A stretch of DNA of 40,478 nt, from positions 1-40,478 of IMG/VR virus record IMGVR_UViG_3300049180_000032, one strand, 5' to 3'. This document shows positions 32,807 to 40,478 of this stretch, one piece after another. The notes under the pieces were generated by a model. The model did not search any database and was not told the origin of the DNA. It saw only the letters and a list, made by a program, of their open reading frames with translations. Position 1 is the stretch's first letter. Each line of letters opens with the position of its first letter. A program made the translations under genes and the position numbers. This DNA is from a virus (taxonomy: Duplodnaviria; Caudoviricetes).

Positions 32807-33667
32807 ATGACCGATACCGTCACCCGCCAGTTTGTCACGCAGTTCGACACCGACCTGCGCCTTCTGGCCCAGCAAAAAGATTCCCGCCTGCGTGGCACCG
32901 TGTTCAACCGCGGCACCATCGAAGGCTCGAGCTTCACGATCAACAACCTCGGCACCGTCGAGATGGACGAGAACGTGACCCGCCACGGCGACACGATCTG
33001 GTCCGACATCGACCACACGGCTCGCACCGTGCCGATGCGCGACTTCTTCAAGGCGCTTCCGCTGGACAAGGCCGACATCCCGAAGATGAAGGTCAACCCG
33101 GTGACGGGCGGCCAGTACATGCATCAGCTCGTTGCCGCGCGCAACCGCAAGATCGACGACATCATCTTCGCCGCCGCCCTGGGCTCGATCAACAGCGTTG
33201 ACGGTTCGACCGGCCCGTACACGCTGCCGGCTGGCCAGATCATCGCCGCTGGTGGCACTGGCCTCACCAAGGCCAAGATCATCCAGGCCCGTTCGATCTT
33301 CCGTGCCAACGAGACGGACGAAGAAGAGCTGTTCATGCTGTGGGACTCGCTGGCGATGACCCAGATCCTGAGCGACACCACGCTCACGAGCGCCGACTAC
33401 ATGGCCGGCAAGATGCTGCAGGACGGGAAGATCGCCGGCCAGTGGCTGGGCTTCACCTGGATTCCCTACGAGCGTGTCACCAACGTGGCCGGCGTGCGCA
33501 CCACCGCTGCCTACAGCAAGGACGCAATCCACTTCGGCATGGGCTTCGAAGAAGGCGACGTTGCAAAGCGTCCCGACAAGAAGAACTCGCTTCAAGTCTC
33601 GATGGCCGGCAGCTACGCCGCAGGCCGCCAGGACGAGAAGAAGGTCGTCCAAATCTCGTACCAGTAA
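32807..33667 (+). CDS. Major capsid protein
   Basis: FVTQF...LAQQKDSRLR, AARNRKIDDII, QWLGFTWI, AGRQDEKKVVQI; AGGAG RBS. Confidence 0.9.
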   Translation: MTDTVTRQFVTQFDTDLRLLAQQKDSRLRGTVFNRGTIEGSSFTINNLGTVEMDENVTRHGDTIWSDIDHTARTVPMRDFFKALPLDKADIPKMKVNPVTGGQYMHQLVAARNRKIDDIIFAAALGSINSVDGSTGPYTLPAGQIIAAGGTGLTKAKIIQARSIFRANETDEEELFMLWDSLAMTQILSDTTLTSADYMAGKMLQDGKIAGQWLGFTWIPYERVTNVAGVRTTAAYSKDAIHFGMGFEEGDVAKRPDKKNSLQVSMAGSYAAGRQDEKKVVQISYQ

Positions 33668-33710
33668 CTCGGTACACCCCTCAACGAAACGAATCAGATC
33701 GGAGTAGATC

Positions 33711-34172
33711 ATGGCTGAACTTCTCACCGTCACGCGCACCCAGGTAGCGCAAACCGCTGGCACGAAAGCGCCCGCGGCCTCCTTCAACCGCATGCGCGTG
33801 GCCGTCATCGAGACGCCTGCTGCCTATGCGGCTCCGGCCCAGAACGACACGGCGGGCACGTCGATCGTGTTGCCGCAAGGCTCGCGCATCCTGCTGCCGA
33901 TCACCGTGTCGAACGCAGCCGGCACCGCATCGAGCACGCTGTCGGTGGGCCTGCGCGATCCGCGCACGAAGGTGGCCATCGATGCCACCGCCGTGGTCAA
34001 CGCTGTGGCGATCACCGCCGCTGCGACTGCCCAGGTCAACACCGGCACGAAGTGCATCACGGGCCAGACGTACCTCCTGCCGCAGGACTGCGAGCTGTAC
34101 CTGACGTTCAGCGGCGCTGCCGGTGCGGCCAACCAGGCAATCCGCATCGAAGTCCCGTTCGTGGCCGGTTAA
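33711..34172 (+). CDS. Capsid cement/decoration protein
   Basis: Ala/Thr-rich beta protein directly after the capsid gene, followed by a terminator. Confidence 0.65.
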   Translation: MAELLTVTRTQVAQTAGTKAPAASFNRMRVAVIETPAAYAAPAQNDTAGTSIVLPQGSRILLPITVSNAAGTASSTLSVGLRDPRTKVAIDATAVVNAVAITAAATAQVNTGTKCITGQTYLLPQDCELYLTFSGAAGAANQAIRIEVPFVAG

Positions 34173-34193
34173 CCGGGGCATGCCCCTGCAACC

Positions 34194-34224
34194 GAGGGGA
34201 TGCTTCCGGGCGTCCCCTCTTTTT
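34194..34224 (+). terminator. Rho-independent terminator
   Basis: GAGGGGATGC-TTCCGG-GCGTCCCCTC-TTTTT. Confidence 0.85.
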
Positions 34225-34241
34225 CGTTTCTGGAGAGGCTG

Positions 34242-34820
34242 ATGAGCACAAAAATCTCAATATGCAGCGCAGCGTTGCTGCAGCTCGGCAAAGCGCCCAT
34301 CAGCAGCTTCGAGTCGCCCGGTGACGCCGCGCGCCTGTGCGCCAACCTCTACCCCATCGAGCGCGATTCCATCCTGCGTGAGAACGACTGGAACTGCGCC
34401 ATCAAACGCGAGATCCTTGCTCCGCTCGCCAGCACGCCATCGTTCGGCTTCAGCACGCAATTCGCTCTTCCTTCCGACTTCCTGCGCATGATTCAGGTGG
34501 GAGACTGGTATGTCGGCATGCCCGAGTGCCAGAGCTTCAAGGTGGAGGGCCGCAAGATCCTCGCCAGCGGCACCATCCTTCCCATCGTCTACGTCTTCCG
34601 CAATGAGCAGGAGGAAACGTGGGATGCCAAGCTCGTGGAGCTGATGACAGCGCGCATGCTCTGGAAGCTTGCCTATCCCGTCACCCAATCGACCAGCCTG
34701 CGCGAAGAACTCAAGGCCGAGTATTACGCCATGGCCCGCGCCGCCCGCGCCATTGACGCGCAGGAGAACCCGAGCGAGGCGCTGAGCGATGACTTCCCCC
34801 TGATCAACGGACGGATGTAA
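34242..34820 (+). CDS. Tail tubular protein A (adaptor)
   Basis: ISICSAALLQLG..PISSF, DWNCAIKR, FALPSDFLR, RAIDAQENP. Confidence 0.85.
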   Translation: MSTKISICSAALLQLGKAPISSFESPGDAARLCANLYPIERDSILRENDWNCAIKREILAPLASTPSFGFSTQFALPSDFLRMIQVGDWYVGMPECQSFKVEGRKILASGTILPIVYVFRNEQEETWDAKLVELMTARMLWKLAYPVTQSTSLREELKAEYYAMARAARAIDAQENPSEALSDDFPLINGRM

Positions 34821-37255
34821 TGGGCCGCGCAAGTATCGTCTCGACGAACTTCACCGGTGGTGAGCTGTCCCCGGCCATTGCGCTCGGGCGCTTCGACATC
34901 GCCAAGTACAACAACGGCGCGCGCCGGCTGGAGAACTGCAGCGTCACGGTCCAGGGTGGCGCCAAGCGCCGGCCCGGCACGCGGTTCATTGCTGCGACCA
35001 AGACGCAGACCAAAGTCGCGCGCCTGGTGGACTTCATCTACAACCGCGATCAGGCTTACATACTCGAGATGGGCGAGGGCTACATCCGGTTCTACCGCGA
35101 CCGCGAGCAACTGCTGGACCCCAGCGACCCGTTCGAGGTGGCGTCCCCGTACACCGAAGCGCAACTGCCCTCCGTCAACTACGTGCAGAAGGCCGACACC
35201 GGGTTCTTCGTGCATGAGGGCGTGTTCCCGTACCGCCTGCAGCGCTACAGCGACACGAACTGGGGCATGGGTGTGGTGCCGTTCATCACCCCCGCCTTTG
35301 AAGAGCAGGGGCACTTTCCCGCCGTCGAAATGCAGTTCACGGCGCCGGACGCGCCCGTCCAGCCCGGGGTGGGCATCACGCTCAACAGCGCCGCCCCGGT
35401 CTTCCTGAAATCCGATGTGGGCCGCTCCGTCACCTACGGCGGCGGCTCGGCACTCATCACCGCCTACATCAGCTCGGTCGCGGTGACGACGACAGTCACT
35501 TCGACCTTCGCGCGCGGCAGGGACATCCCGGTTGGGGAGTGGAACCTCACCGGCACGCCGCAAGACTCCATCTCCCCCTCGAGCCAGGCCGAGCGGGGGC
35601 AGATCATCTCGCTCAATGCGAACTACACCTACCTCGGCGCGCAGGTCACGATCACCGCCATCGTGAGCGGCGTTGGCGTGATCGCCATCAACGCCACCGC
35701 CCACGGCTTCATCACCGGCGATACCGTGACCGTCACCGGCACGGGGTTTGGCGACGGCACCTGGGTGATCCGCAGGCTGAACGCCAACCAGTTCGACTAT
35801 CCCGCCCCGGTGCCGTCCGGCTTCTTCTCGACGACTGGCCTGGTGCAGAAGATCGACGTATCCACCGACAGCGAAGTGTGGCGCGCGGAGGACGTGGGCA
35901 AGATCGTCTCGGTGAACGGCGGCGTGGCGCTCATCACCAGCGTCGTCAATGTGGGCACCGCAAACGCCAAGGTGCTGCGTCCCGTCACCTCCATCGTTCC
36001 CGCGGGCGTCGGCGCATGGACGCTGGAATCGGTCGCCTGGAACGCGCAGAAGGGCTACCCGCGAGCCGTCACCATCAACAAGCAGCGCCTGCTTTTCGCC
36101 GGCTCCCCCGGCTACCCGCAGCACGTATGGGCCAGCGGGATTCAGGAATACCTCAATTTCGAGTTCGGCACCGCGGACGACGAGGCGTTCCGCTTCGAGC
36201 TGGACGGTCCGCGCAACAGCCCGATCCGCCATCTCGCGCCCGCGCGGCAACTGCTGGTGCTGACCGAGGCCGACGAGATGAGCTTGAAGGGCGGCCAGGA
36301 AAAGCCCATCACGCCGACCAACATCCAGAAGACCGACGAGTCCACCGTTGGCGCGTCCGCGGTTCGGCCCGTGAAGATCGGCAGCGAAATCGTGTTCACC
36401 CAGGCCGCTGGCAGGAAGGTGTCGGCCATCGGCTACCGCTACGAGATCGATGGGTTTTCCTCGCCAGACCGTACCGTGTTCGCCTCCCACATCACCGGCG
36501 AAGGCATCAGCCAGATCGCCCACCAGAAGGAGCCCGACTCCACGCTGTACGCGATCCGTGAGGATGGGCAGATGGCGGTGTGCGCCTATGACATCGATCA
36601 GGAAGTCACGGGCTGGGGCCGGTGGATCACCGATGGGTCTTTCGAGTCCATCGCGACCATCCCGACCAGCACGGGCGAGGACGCCTACACCATCGTCAAG
36701 CGCACCATCGACGGCGACGAGAAACGATACGTCGAGGTGTTCGATCCCGAGATGCTGGTTGATTGCGGCATCACTGGCTACAACGCCGGGGGCCAGGCCA
36801 CGTGGACCGGCCTCGATCACCTGGAAGGCAAGGTCGTGCAGGTCTGGGCCGATGGCGCGCACGCGGGCCAGTTCACTGTGGAAGGCGGCTCGATCACGCT
36901 GCCTCAGCCAAGGATGTCGGTGCAAATCGGCCTTGGCTTCACCCCTTTGGTGGAGATGCTGCAGCCTGAACTCGGCGGCAACGGTACGACCGCCCAAGGG
37001 TCGCAGGTTCATGTCAGCGAGGTGATTGTCCGGGTGCTCGACACCAGTGCCGTCCAGATCAATGGCGAAGACGTTCCTTTTCGTCGCTTCGGCTCGGAAC
37101 TGCTCGACCAGCCGCCGCCCGAGTATTCCGGCGACGTGCGCAAGACCACGCTGTCCGACACGATCTTTACCACCAGCCAGATCATCACGCAGCCGTACCC
37201 GCTGCCGTTCCATCTGCTGGACGTGATCCGGCGCGTCACGCTGAACGAGGGCTGA
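34820..37255 (+). CDS. Tail tubular protein B (nozzle)
   Basis: NFTGGELSP, GGAKRRPGT, GYPRAVTINKQRLLFAG, GWGRW, RYVE, QPYPLPFHL. Confidence 0.9.
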   Translation: MGRASIVSTNFTGGELSPAIALGRFDIAKYNNGARRLENCSVTVQGGAKRRPGTRFIAATKTQTKVARLVDFIYNRDQAYILEMGEGYIRFYRDREQLLDPSDPFEVASPYTEAQLPSVNYVQKADTGFFVHEGVFPYRLQRYSDTNWGMGVVPFITPAFEEQGHFPAVEMQFTAPDAPVQPGVGITLNSAAPVFLKSDVGRSVTYGGGSALITAYISSVAVTTTVTSTFARGRDIPVGEWNLTGTPQDSISPSSQAERGQIISLNANYTYLGAQVTITAIVSGVGVIAINATAHGFITGDTVTVTGTGFGDGTWVIRRLNANQFDYPAPVPSGFFSTTGLVQKIDVSTDSEVWRAEDVGKIVSVNGGVALITSVVNVGTANAKVLRPVTSIVPAGVGAWTLESVAWNAQKGYPRAVTINKQRLLFAGSPGYPQHVWASGIQEYLNFEFGTADDEAFRFELDGPRNSPIRHLAPARQLLVLTEADEMSLKGGQEKPITPTNIQKTDESTVGASAVRPVKIGSEIVFTQAAGRKVSAIGYRYEIDGFSSPDRTVFASHITGEGISQIAHQKEPDSTLYAIREDGQMAVCAYDIDQEVTGWGRWITDGSFESIATIPTSTGEDAYTIVKRTIDGDEKRYVEVFDPEMLVDCGITGYNAGGQATWTGLDHLEGKVVQVWADGAHAGQFTVEGGSITLPQPRMSVQIGLGFTPLVEMLQPELGGNGTTAQGSQVHVSEVIVRVLDTSAVQINGEDVPFRRFGSELLDQPPPEYSGDVRKTTLSDTIFTTSQIITQPYPLPFHLLDVIRRVTLNEG

Positions 37256-37256
37256 T

Positions 37257-37703
37257 ATGAAAGTCGATGTCGCCACGCCTGAAGACGCCACCGAGATAGC
37301 CGCACTGGGCCAGATCCTGCACGACACCTCGAGCTATGCGGGCATCCCGTACCGGCCCGAGAAAGTCGAGGCGCTGATGCGCAGCCTGGCCGGTGGCGCC
37401 GGGGTGGTGTTCGTGGTGCGCAAGGACGGCGCCATCGTCGGCGGCATTGCCGGTGGCGTGGCCGAGTGGTGGTTCAGCGATGAGCGGCACGGCTTCGAAT
37501 ACTCGTTCTTCGTGCGCGAGGACTGCCGCAACGCCTACGTGGCCATCAAGCTGGTCACTGCCTTCCGCATCTGGTGCAAGAAGCGGGGCGCCAAGAAGGT
37601 CCGCATCGGCATCACCACCGGCATCCACGAGGAAAGCACGGGCGAGTTCTACCGGATGCTGGGTTTCGAGCCAGCCGGCAACCTTTTTCAACTGGAGATC
37701 TGA
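37257..37703 (+). CDS. GNAT-fold acetyltransferase in the virion module
   Basis: FFVREDCRN...LVTAFRIWCKKRGA...FYRMLGF; T7 gp13-like position. Confidence 0.8.
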   Translation: MKVDVATPEDATEIAALGQILHDTSSYAGIPYRPEKVEALMRSLAGGAGVVFVVRKDGAIVGGIAGGVAEWWFSDERHGFEYSFFVREDCRNAYVAIKLVTAFRIWCKKRGAKKVRIGITTGIHEESTGEFYRMLGFEPAGNLFQLEI

Positions 37704-37705
37704 CC

Positions 37706-38203
37706 ATGGGCATTGAAACCGCCGCACTCGTCGGCTACGCCGCAGCCGCTGCATCTGTGGTGGGGACAGCCGTCTCGGTGTACAGCCAAATGGAGCAGGG
37801 CAAGGAAGCCGACCGCATCGCCGCCCAACAGCAACAGCAGGCCGCGCAGGATGCGCAGTTCGCCGCCAGTGAGGCTCAACTGCAGGCCCGGGCCATCCGA
37901 AAGGCCGCGGACAGGCAGCGCGCGGAGGCGCGGGGCGCGCTCTCTGCCTCGGGCGTCGTCGTAGGGGTTGGCTCTGCCGAGCAGATCGACCAGGAGATTG
38001 CGGCGGATGGCGAAGAAGACGCGCTCATGGCCATCTATGACGGCACGAACCGCTCGCGCAACATCCGCCAGGCCGGCGAGATCTCGTCCTCGCGCAGCCG
38101 GAATGCCGCCAACGCCTCGCGCTACGGCGCGGCAACGTCCGCCCTGCAGGGTGGCGCGCAGCTTGCACGCGGCTGGAACACCAGCGCGGCGCGGAGGGGC
38201 TGA
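37706..38203 (+). CDS. Small internal virion/ejection protein
   Basis: Hydrophobic N-terminus, Ala/Gln-rich, ASGVVVGVGSA motif. Confidence 0.75.
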   Translation: MGIETAALVGYAAAAASVVGTAVSVYSQMEQGKEADRIAAQQQQQAAQDAQFAASEAQLQARAIRKAADRQRAEARGALSASGVVVGVGSAEQIDQEIAADGEEDALMAIYDGTNRSRNIRQAGEISSSRSRNAANASRYGAATSALQGGAQLARGWNTSAARRG

Positions 38204-38205
38204 CC

Positions 38206-40478
38206 GTGGCAAAGATCCCCACCGGCAATTTCGGAAACCGCCTGCCGCAAGGCAACGACATCACGCCGACTGCCCAGGTCGATACGCAGGTGTCCGACGC
38301 GGCCAACCGCCTCGGCCAGACTGCCGCGGGCATTGGCGCCAGCATCATGGCGGAGCAGGAGCGCGAGGCTCGAGCCGCCGCAGACCGCGCCGCGGCGGCG
38401 AAAACGGCCCTTGCGCACGTCAACATCCAGAACGGCCTCGCCGACAACTACGACGCCATCAGCCAAAACGTGCTGGCCGGCAAGATGGACAAGATCGAAG
38501 CGACCGCCGCCTGGAAGGACGCGAGCGCAAAGGTCGTTTCCGACAACGTGAAGGGCGCGCCGCCTGATCGGGCAGACCTCCTGGCCGCACAGGCGAAGGG
38601 TGTGGAGGGCAAGCTCACGAACAGCCTGTTTGACACCTTCCGCAAGCGCGACGACCAGGACGCAATCGCCGGGGTAACTGCCGCCGAAGAAGGGCTGCAG
38701 CGCATCGCGAGCAAAGACCTCGCTGGCGCGATCAAGCAACACGGCATGCTGATCGACGGCTCGCCCCTTCCGCCTGATGTGAAGGCCAAGCGCAAGCAGA
38801 CATTCGTCGAGACGGCCACCTACAACGATCTCCGCGCCCAGGGCCAGGCCGCGTACCAGTCCGGTGACACGACCGCCATCGACCGGGTTCAGGCCAAACT
38901 CGCCGGCCCGGAGGGGGAAGCGCTCGACCCGGCCAAGAAGAACGTGTTGGATCAAACGTTCTTTGGCTGGAAGCAGAGCGCTGAGGCGAAGCGGGCACGC
39001 CTGGAAGACAAGGCCGAGCGCGAAGCGACGAAGCGCTACAACACTGCGACCGACACGCTGAACCAGAATCGCGACCTGGTGCTGAGTGGCGCCGTGCTCG
39101 CGCCGGAGCGTATCGCACTCATGGTCGAACAGGCTCAAGGCACCGGGCTGGAAACGCAGGTGCGCGAGGTGCTGGAGGCGCAGAAGTCCGTCTCTGGTTT
39201 CGCCAACCAGACTGCCAGCCAGCGCGCCGCCTTACTGGAGAGCGCCCGATCGGCGCGGGCCGACCCGACCAAGGGCGCCACACCAGAAAGCGAAAAGCAG
39301 CTCAAGTCCGCCGAGCAGATCGACAACAGCCTGCGCCAGAAGGTGGACAGCGGCGAAGCGTGGTCCGCGGCACAGAGCGTGGGCGTTATCCCCGCCGCGC
39401 CGCTGCTGAACATCGGCAACCCGCAGCAGGCGTTGGAGGTCTTCCAGCAGCGCACGCGCGACATCGCCGCGGTGGAGACGTGGGCAGGCAAGAAGATTTC
39501 GCCACTGCAGCCGCAGGAGGCCGAACAGCTCCAGAAGATGGTCCGCACCCTGAAACCGGACCAGGCCGCGTCGATGCTGGGCCAACTGGGCGGGGTGGTG
39601 AACGACGCCGACCGGATCGCCGCCGTCGCCAAGCAGATCGGCGACAAAGACGGAACGCTCGGCATGGTGATGCTGTACGCCAACGCCAAGACGACCGAGG
39701 GCCGCTACACCGCCGAGCTGATCCTGCAGGGCGACCAGGCCATCAAGGACAAGACCATCAAGGTGGACGGCATCGCTGAAACCGGCTGGCGCGCGGACAT
39801 AGCCAAGAAGGTGCGGGGCGCGTACTCCAATCAGGAGGTCGAGTCCAACATCATCGAAGCAGCATTCAAGATCGCCGCGGCCAAGGGCGGCGACGTGGAC
39901 AACGCGATCAATCTCGCCTCGGGCGGGATCATCGAGCGCAACGGCGGCAAGATCCCGCTGCCGTACGGCATGAAGGAGCGCGAGTTCGAGAAGCGGATTG
40001 CGGCGATTACTCCTGATAGCCTGATGGATCAGGTGCGCCCGAAGGACATGGGGCGCGGAAACATTGACCTGAACGCGCGGCCTGTCGTCAAGAATGCAGA
40101 TGGGTCCATTAGCACTGTGCGCTCCATCGGGGTGAACATCGACGGCAAGGAAACGCTACTTCCCTCCGTCAGCCCGGACGGAAAGATCCTGAGCGACAAG
40201 GACGCCATCGCGCTGTACCGGAAAACCGGGCAGCACCTAGGTAAGTTCGACACCGTGGCAGAAGCGAACGCCTACGCCGAACAGCTGCACAACTCACAGG
40301 ACAAAACCTACAGCGGCGGCGCATACGTCTTGGCCGGGCCCGCGCGCGTCCCGCTGGCCGACTTCGTGAAGACGCTCCCCGATGCCCGCCTCATCCATGC
40401 CGGGCAGGGCGCCTACAACGTCCGCGCCGGCAACACGCTGGTGACGAACGAGCGCGGCCAGCGCATCACGATCAAGGT
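38206..40478 (+). CDS. Internal virion/ejection protein, about 760 aa (continues to 137 after circularisation; absent from the ORF track)
   Basis: GGAGG RBS and GTG start, (M)AKIPTGNFGN...; frame stays consistent through to TGA 135-137. Confidence 0.85.
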   Translation, partial: MAKIPTGNFGNRLPQGNDITPTAQVDTQVSDAANRLGQTAAGIGASIMAEQEREARAAADRAAAAKTALAHVNIQNGLADNYDAISQNVLAGKMDKIEATAAWKDASAKVVSDNVKGAPPDRADLLAAQAKGVEGKLTNSLFDTFRKRDDQDAIAGVTAAEEGLQRIASKDLAGAIKQHGMLIDGSPLPPDVKAKRKQTFVETATYNDLRAQGQAAYQSGDTTAIDRVQAKLAGPEGEALDPAKKNVLDQTFFGWKQSAEAKRARLEDKAEREATKRYNTATDTLNQNRDLVLSGAVLAPERIALMVEQAQGTGLETQVREVLEAQKSVSGFANQTASQRAALLESARSARADPTKGATPESEKQLKSAEQIDNSLRQKVDSGEAWSAAQSVGVIPAAPLLNIGNPQQALEVFQQRTRDIAAVETWAGKKISPLQPQEAEQLQKMVRTLKPDQAASMLGQLGGVVNDADRIAAVAKQIGDKDGTLGMVMLYANAKTTEGRYTAELILQGDQAIKDKTIKVDGIAETGWRADIAKKVRGAYSNQEVESNIIEAAFKIAAAKGGDVDNAINLASGGIIERNGGKIPLPYGMKEREFEKRIAAITPDSLMDQVRPKDMGRGNIDLNARPVVKNADGSISTVRSIGVNIDGKETLLPSVSPDGKILSDKDAIALYRKTGQHLGKFDTVAEANAYAEQLHNSQDKTYSGGAYVLAGPARVPLADFVKTLPDARLIHAGQGAYNVRAGNTLVTNERGQRITIK
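40352..40478. repeat. 127-bp terminal direct repeat, right copy
   Basis: Identical to 1-127. Confidence 0.95.

Noticed and set aside
33650-33720. T7-like capsid frameshift or read-through extension
   Set aside because: No slippery sequence noticed, a clean TAA stop, and the next gene has its own GGAG RBS
34724-37327. 867-aa antisense ORF and similar long shadow ORFs (11900-12991, 11932-13206, 16365-17654, 32717-33808)
   Set aside because: They overlap genes with clear motifs, lack RBSs and motifs, and are expected in high-GC DNA
37257-37703. GNAT toxin of a toxin-antitoxin pair
   Set aside because: No adjacent antitoxin; it occupies the conserved virion-module slot between nozzle and ejection genes

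Overview
The window is an apparently complete, circularly permuted temperate podovirus genome of 40,351 bp. Bases 1-127 recur exactly at 40352-40478, most likely an assembly overlap. It is GC-rich, and a proteobacterial (plausibly betaproteobacterial) host is an inference only. The virion module is of the BPP-1/epsilon15 podovirus type: portal, scaffold, capsid, tail tubular A and B, GNAT, four internal/ejection proteins, terminase, tail fibre, GH108 endolysin and holins. The control half is lambdoid: attP with the 3' half of tRNA-Val(CAC), tyrosine integrase and xis, a leftward early operon with RecT/YqaJ, a cI/cro switch with four operators, a methyltransferase, an initiator containing ori, NinB/NinI/NinG and an HTH regulator. 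Most notable observations: (1) a self-contained operon beside attP with a sigma70 promoter, tandem operators, small unknown proteins, an RHH-like regulator and a PGDYG-type fusion, resembling an acr-aca anti-defence locus; (2) a 15-bp box repeated exactly in front of three late modules; (3) a tandem RNA hairpin motif in the capsid leader; (4) an antisense membrane gene back-to-back with an ejection-protein gene; (5) repeat-bounded, in-frame micro-domain and gene cassettes; (6) plug-in domains in the ejection proteins. All assignments come from reading motifs and synteny; no database searches were run.
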